Assembly (NCBI GenBank): GCA_001179505.1
Contig: CDMY01000370.1
Span: 1 to 64,000 of the forward strand
Length of the DNA: 64,000 nt
Direction of reading: 5' to 3'
From: Vitrella brassicaformis CCMP3155
Taxonomy: Eukaryota; Protista; Chromerida
Positions within the stretch are counted from its first letter, which is position 1. The number at the start of each line of letters is the position of its first letter. Under the pieces are notes generated by a model. The model did no database searches and was not told where the DNA came from. It saw only the letters and a program-made list of their open reading frames with translations. Below are positions 63,299 through 64,000 of this stretch, in pieces. The translations under genes and the position numbers were made by a program.

Positions 63299-64000
63299 GG
63301 GGGGCGGAGATGGATTGTCGTGTATTGTGAGAGGGGATTTCTTTGCTCTGTCGTGGTCGTGCCGCGAGTGCCATTCAGGGGGCGCCTGCTGCATCTTCGG
63401 TGATGCAGGGCGTTTCTCTGAATGGTCGCTCGCGGCGGCCGACTGGCTGGCCTTTCGACGGGCTTACATATCCTTCCCTCTCTCTCTCTCTCTCTGAATG
63501 TGCATACACATGTATGCATGCCCAAGGACAGGCCGACCGATGCGCCACCCACTGTGTGTGTCCATCCATCCATCCATCCATGTGTGACGCATTGCTTGCT
63601 TCATGCACACAGACATGGCAGTGTGTGTTTCACACTCGTTGTCCATCCATACACACACATGTCATGACACCAGACAGACCGGCTGCTCCCATGCAGTCAT
63701 TTTTGCCTCCTTGTGGGTGCACGGCGATTGATTGATGCGTGTGGGTGGGTGGGTCGACGGGCGGGTTACCTTCCTCTCTCTCTGTGTGTGTCGTCCTGAC
63801 TCCATATTGTTTTTGCGTGACCCCATGGATGCTGATGCTGTGCGGATACATCTGCTGCATGTGGTGGGTGGGATGCGATTTACGTGCGCCTGTGGTCCAT
63901 CTCTGCTGCCTTGCCTGAACACACCTATGTATATATATATACGTACACATCCATGCACCCACGGCCTCTCTATCTGTCTCTCTCTGCATGAATGGCTGGA

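Larger units (their letters stand above)
1..64000. repeat. Dispersed microsatellites ((GT/CA)n, (CAGA)n, (GGAT)n, (CACT)n, (CACCA)n, (GA)n), concentrated in introns and spacers
   Basis: Visible throughout, e.g. 4741-4765, 11311-11340, 16790-16822, 45474-45497 (CAATGA)n. Confidence 0.95.

Noticed and set aside
62533-63573. ORFs of 120-350 aa spanning the N run
   Set aside because: Artefacts of the 300-N gap and flanking poly-G
1-64000. Hundreds of 60-150 aa ORFs rich in CVCV, HTHT, DGWM or TDRQ
   Set aside because: These are translations of intronic or intergenic microsatellites, or antisense shadows of GC-rich exons
1-64000. tRNA, rRNA, spliced-leader RNA or CRISPR arrays
   Set aside because: None recognised by eye; a covariance-model scan would be needed to exclude small RNAs

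Overview
Gene-dense, GC-rich eukaryotic genomic DNA with many short GT-AG introns and spacers full of simple repeats ((GT)n, (CAGA)n, (GGAT)n, (CACT)n). This architecture plus bipartite plastid-type leaders suggests a chromerid alveolate such as Vitrella (inference only, no search run). I spliced exons by eye, so boundaries are approximate. Recognisable genes are a GT7 galactosyltransferase-like gene, two intron-containing histone H2A paralogues (one ending in the H2A.X motif SQEY), a PLOD-type glycosyltransferase, a spastin/fidgetin-like AAA ATPase, an atypical protein kinase, a plastid-targeted CRTISO-like oxidoreductase, a triple-CCCH zinc-finger protein and an SDHAF3-like LYR protein. There are also about ten hypothetical genes, a 5'-truncated non-LTR retrotransposon with a restriction-like endonuclease, several local duplications and a 300-N gap. 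The strongest novelty candidate is a spliced S-adenosylmethionine synthetase (MAT) homologue at ~17.7-19.4 kb (minus strand). It keeps the fold-defining residues but has lost almost every catalytic motif, so it looks like a pseudoenzyme. Next to it, the retroelement appears to have split the AAA gene and is in frame with a host-like ATG.
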